A DNA stretch of 64,000 nt from positions 66,156,001-66,220,000 of the forward strand of contig NC_087437.1 of the NCBI RefSeq assembly GCF_036321535.1. The letters are read 5' to 3'. The position numbers and the translations under genes were made by a program. Under the pieces are notes generated by a model. That model was not told where the DNA came from. It saw only the letters and a list, made by a program, of their open reading frames with translations, and did no database searches. Origin of the DNA: Camelus dromedarius. Lineage: Eukaryota. Shown one piece after another: positions 62,771-64,000 of this stretch (its first letter is position 1; each line of letters begins with the position of its first letter).

Positions 62771-64000
62771 ACGCTAGCTTCCGCTGTATGACATATTCTT
62801 TCTTTACATTCTTTCTAAGATCTTACAGGACCCCTTACTGTCTTTTCTGGGTTCTAACTAGAAATCTCAACCATCCTACCAACCTAGAAAATCAAGAAGT
62901 GTCTAAAGATAGGGAGGAGGGCTGAATAGAGCCTCTGAATCTCATAGTCTCACCAAAGGGGGACCTGGCAGCCCCAGTTCTTTCTTCTGTTCTGGAGCCA
63001 GAATTGGCACCTGTCCCAGAACTAGGCAGACTGGTGTGGGCTTGAAGAAAGCACAGGGGAAGGCTTGAGGCTGCCCTACCTCAGAGGAGGCACGGAGCCC
63101 AGAGGAATTAGTCAGTTTCTTCACAATAACAAAATTATATTCCTTTTATTTACTTATTTTTGGGGGGTCAAGAACATACCTGAGTGGGCACTATTTGGGA
63201 AACTATGCTTTTTTGTATTGGACTGACACCTGGGTAGCAGCAGTCCCTGTGTGAGAGGGTGGTGTGATGGGGATCTAAGAAACACCACCAGTGAAGGGGT
63301 TCAGCAGCCCAGGCACCCGCTGTCTGTGCGCCTCAGCCTCACGCCCCGTCCCCTCGGTCTGGGCCTTTTTCATCCATTAGATTAATACTTCTCCACTTCT
63401 TTACTGTTTATGAAGCATCTAGGACCATTTCAAAGCCAGATTTCTTCCCACCTGGCAAAGGAGTAGTGTTGCCTTTGATAGTCTGTGAAGTCTTCAAAGA
63501 AGCGTTCTTTTTTAGCTAAACAGAAGGCCAGAAACTTGGCGAGAACACCCAGAATGGGTTTCATTCACAACCCGCTGGTGTTGGAACAGCCAAGTGGCCT
63601 GACTCTTCAGCCTCATAGTAATTTGTGACGTGCTTCATGTGCTTCTGCCATGCTACCCTGCTTCCCACGCAGTGACTGAATCTGCTCTATCCAGAAAGAT
63701 GCCTTGAGTCTGCAGGGGAAGGGCCCTAACAGGGAGCAGATGCATACTCAGTAAAGTGCTGACCTCCTGCCCCCGACACCCCACACCTGGAGCATCCTTC
63801 CCAGAACAAGCCTGAGAGCCAGCAGCCCATCCCAGGACGCTGTGGCAGGTCAAGAGAGGTCCCAGCTTCAGCACCGCCAGTGGATAAAGTATCTCCCCTG
63901 ACTCCACATATGCACAAACCCTGAGTCCAACATCTCAGCTGCTCTTCCGTCCTCCACAGCCCCTCTGTCACCCTGGTGTCCTCCTCTACTTTCCCATGAT

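Noticed and set aside
62261..64000. GPR156 terminal exon
   Set aside because: No long + strand ORF matching the expected C-terminal tail is present, so it must lie beyond the window.

Overview
Mammalian genomic DNA, most likely camelid: it holds four copies of a tRNA-Ala-derived SINE that resembles the camelid Vic-1 family. The window contains eight consecutive + strand coding exons of GPR156, an orphan class C (GABA-B-related) GPCR: 5463-5558, 5758-5894, 43804-43939, 44196-44306, 49039-49164, 50175-50270, 53588-53824 and 62102-62260. All introns are GT-AG and the exons splice into an uninterrupted 1098-nt (366-codon) frame covering the short N-terminus, all seven TM helices and the start of the cytoplasmic tail. 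The promoter and the large terminal exon are not in the window. The rest is intronic and repeat-dominated: L1s of several ages, L2, MIR, CR1/L3, MaLR/ERVL LTRs, MER5/MER20/Tigger DNA transposons, SINEs and microsatellites. One L1 is a ~6.5-kb element with both ends, a tandemly repeated 5'UTR and an ORF1 deletion. I found no evidence of a new biological system. The best leads are modest: a uORF-dense leader with an ATG-TGA-TG-AC-ATG cluster at the start codon, a possible UG-repeat-associated poison exon in the 38-kb intron, a 6-bp duplication in ECL1, and several nested or atypical retrotransposon insertions. Repeat family names and boundaries are by eye and approximate.
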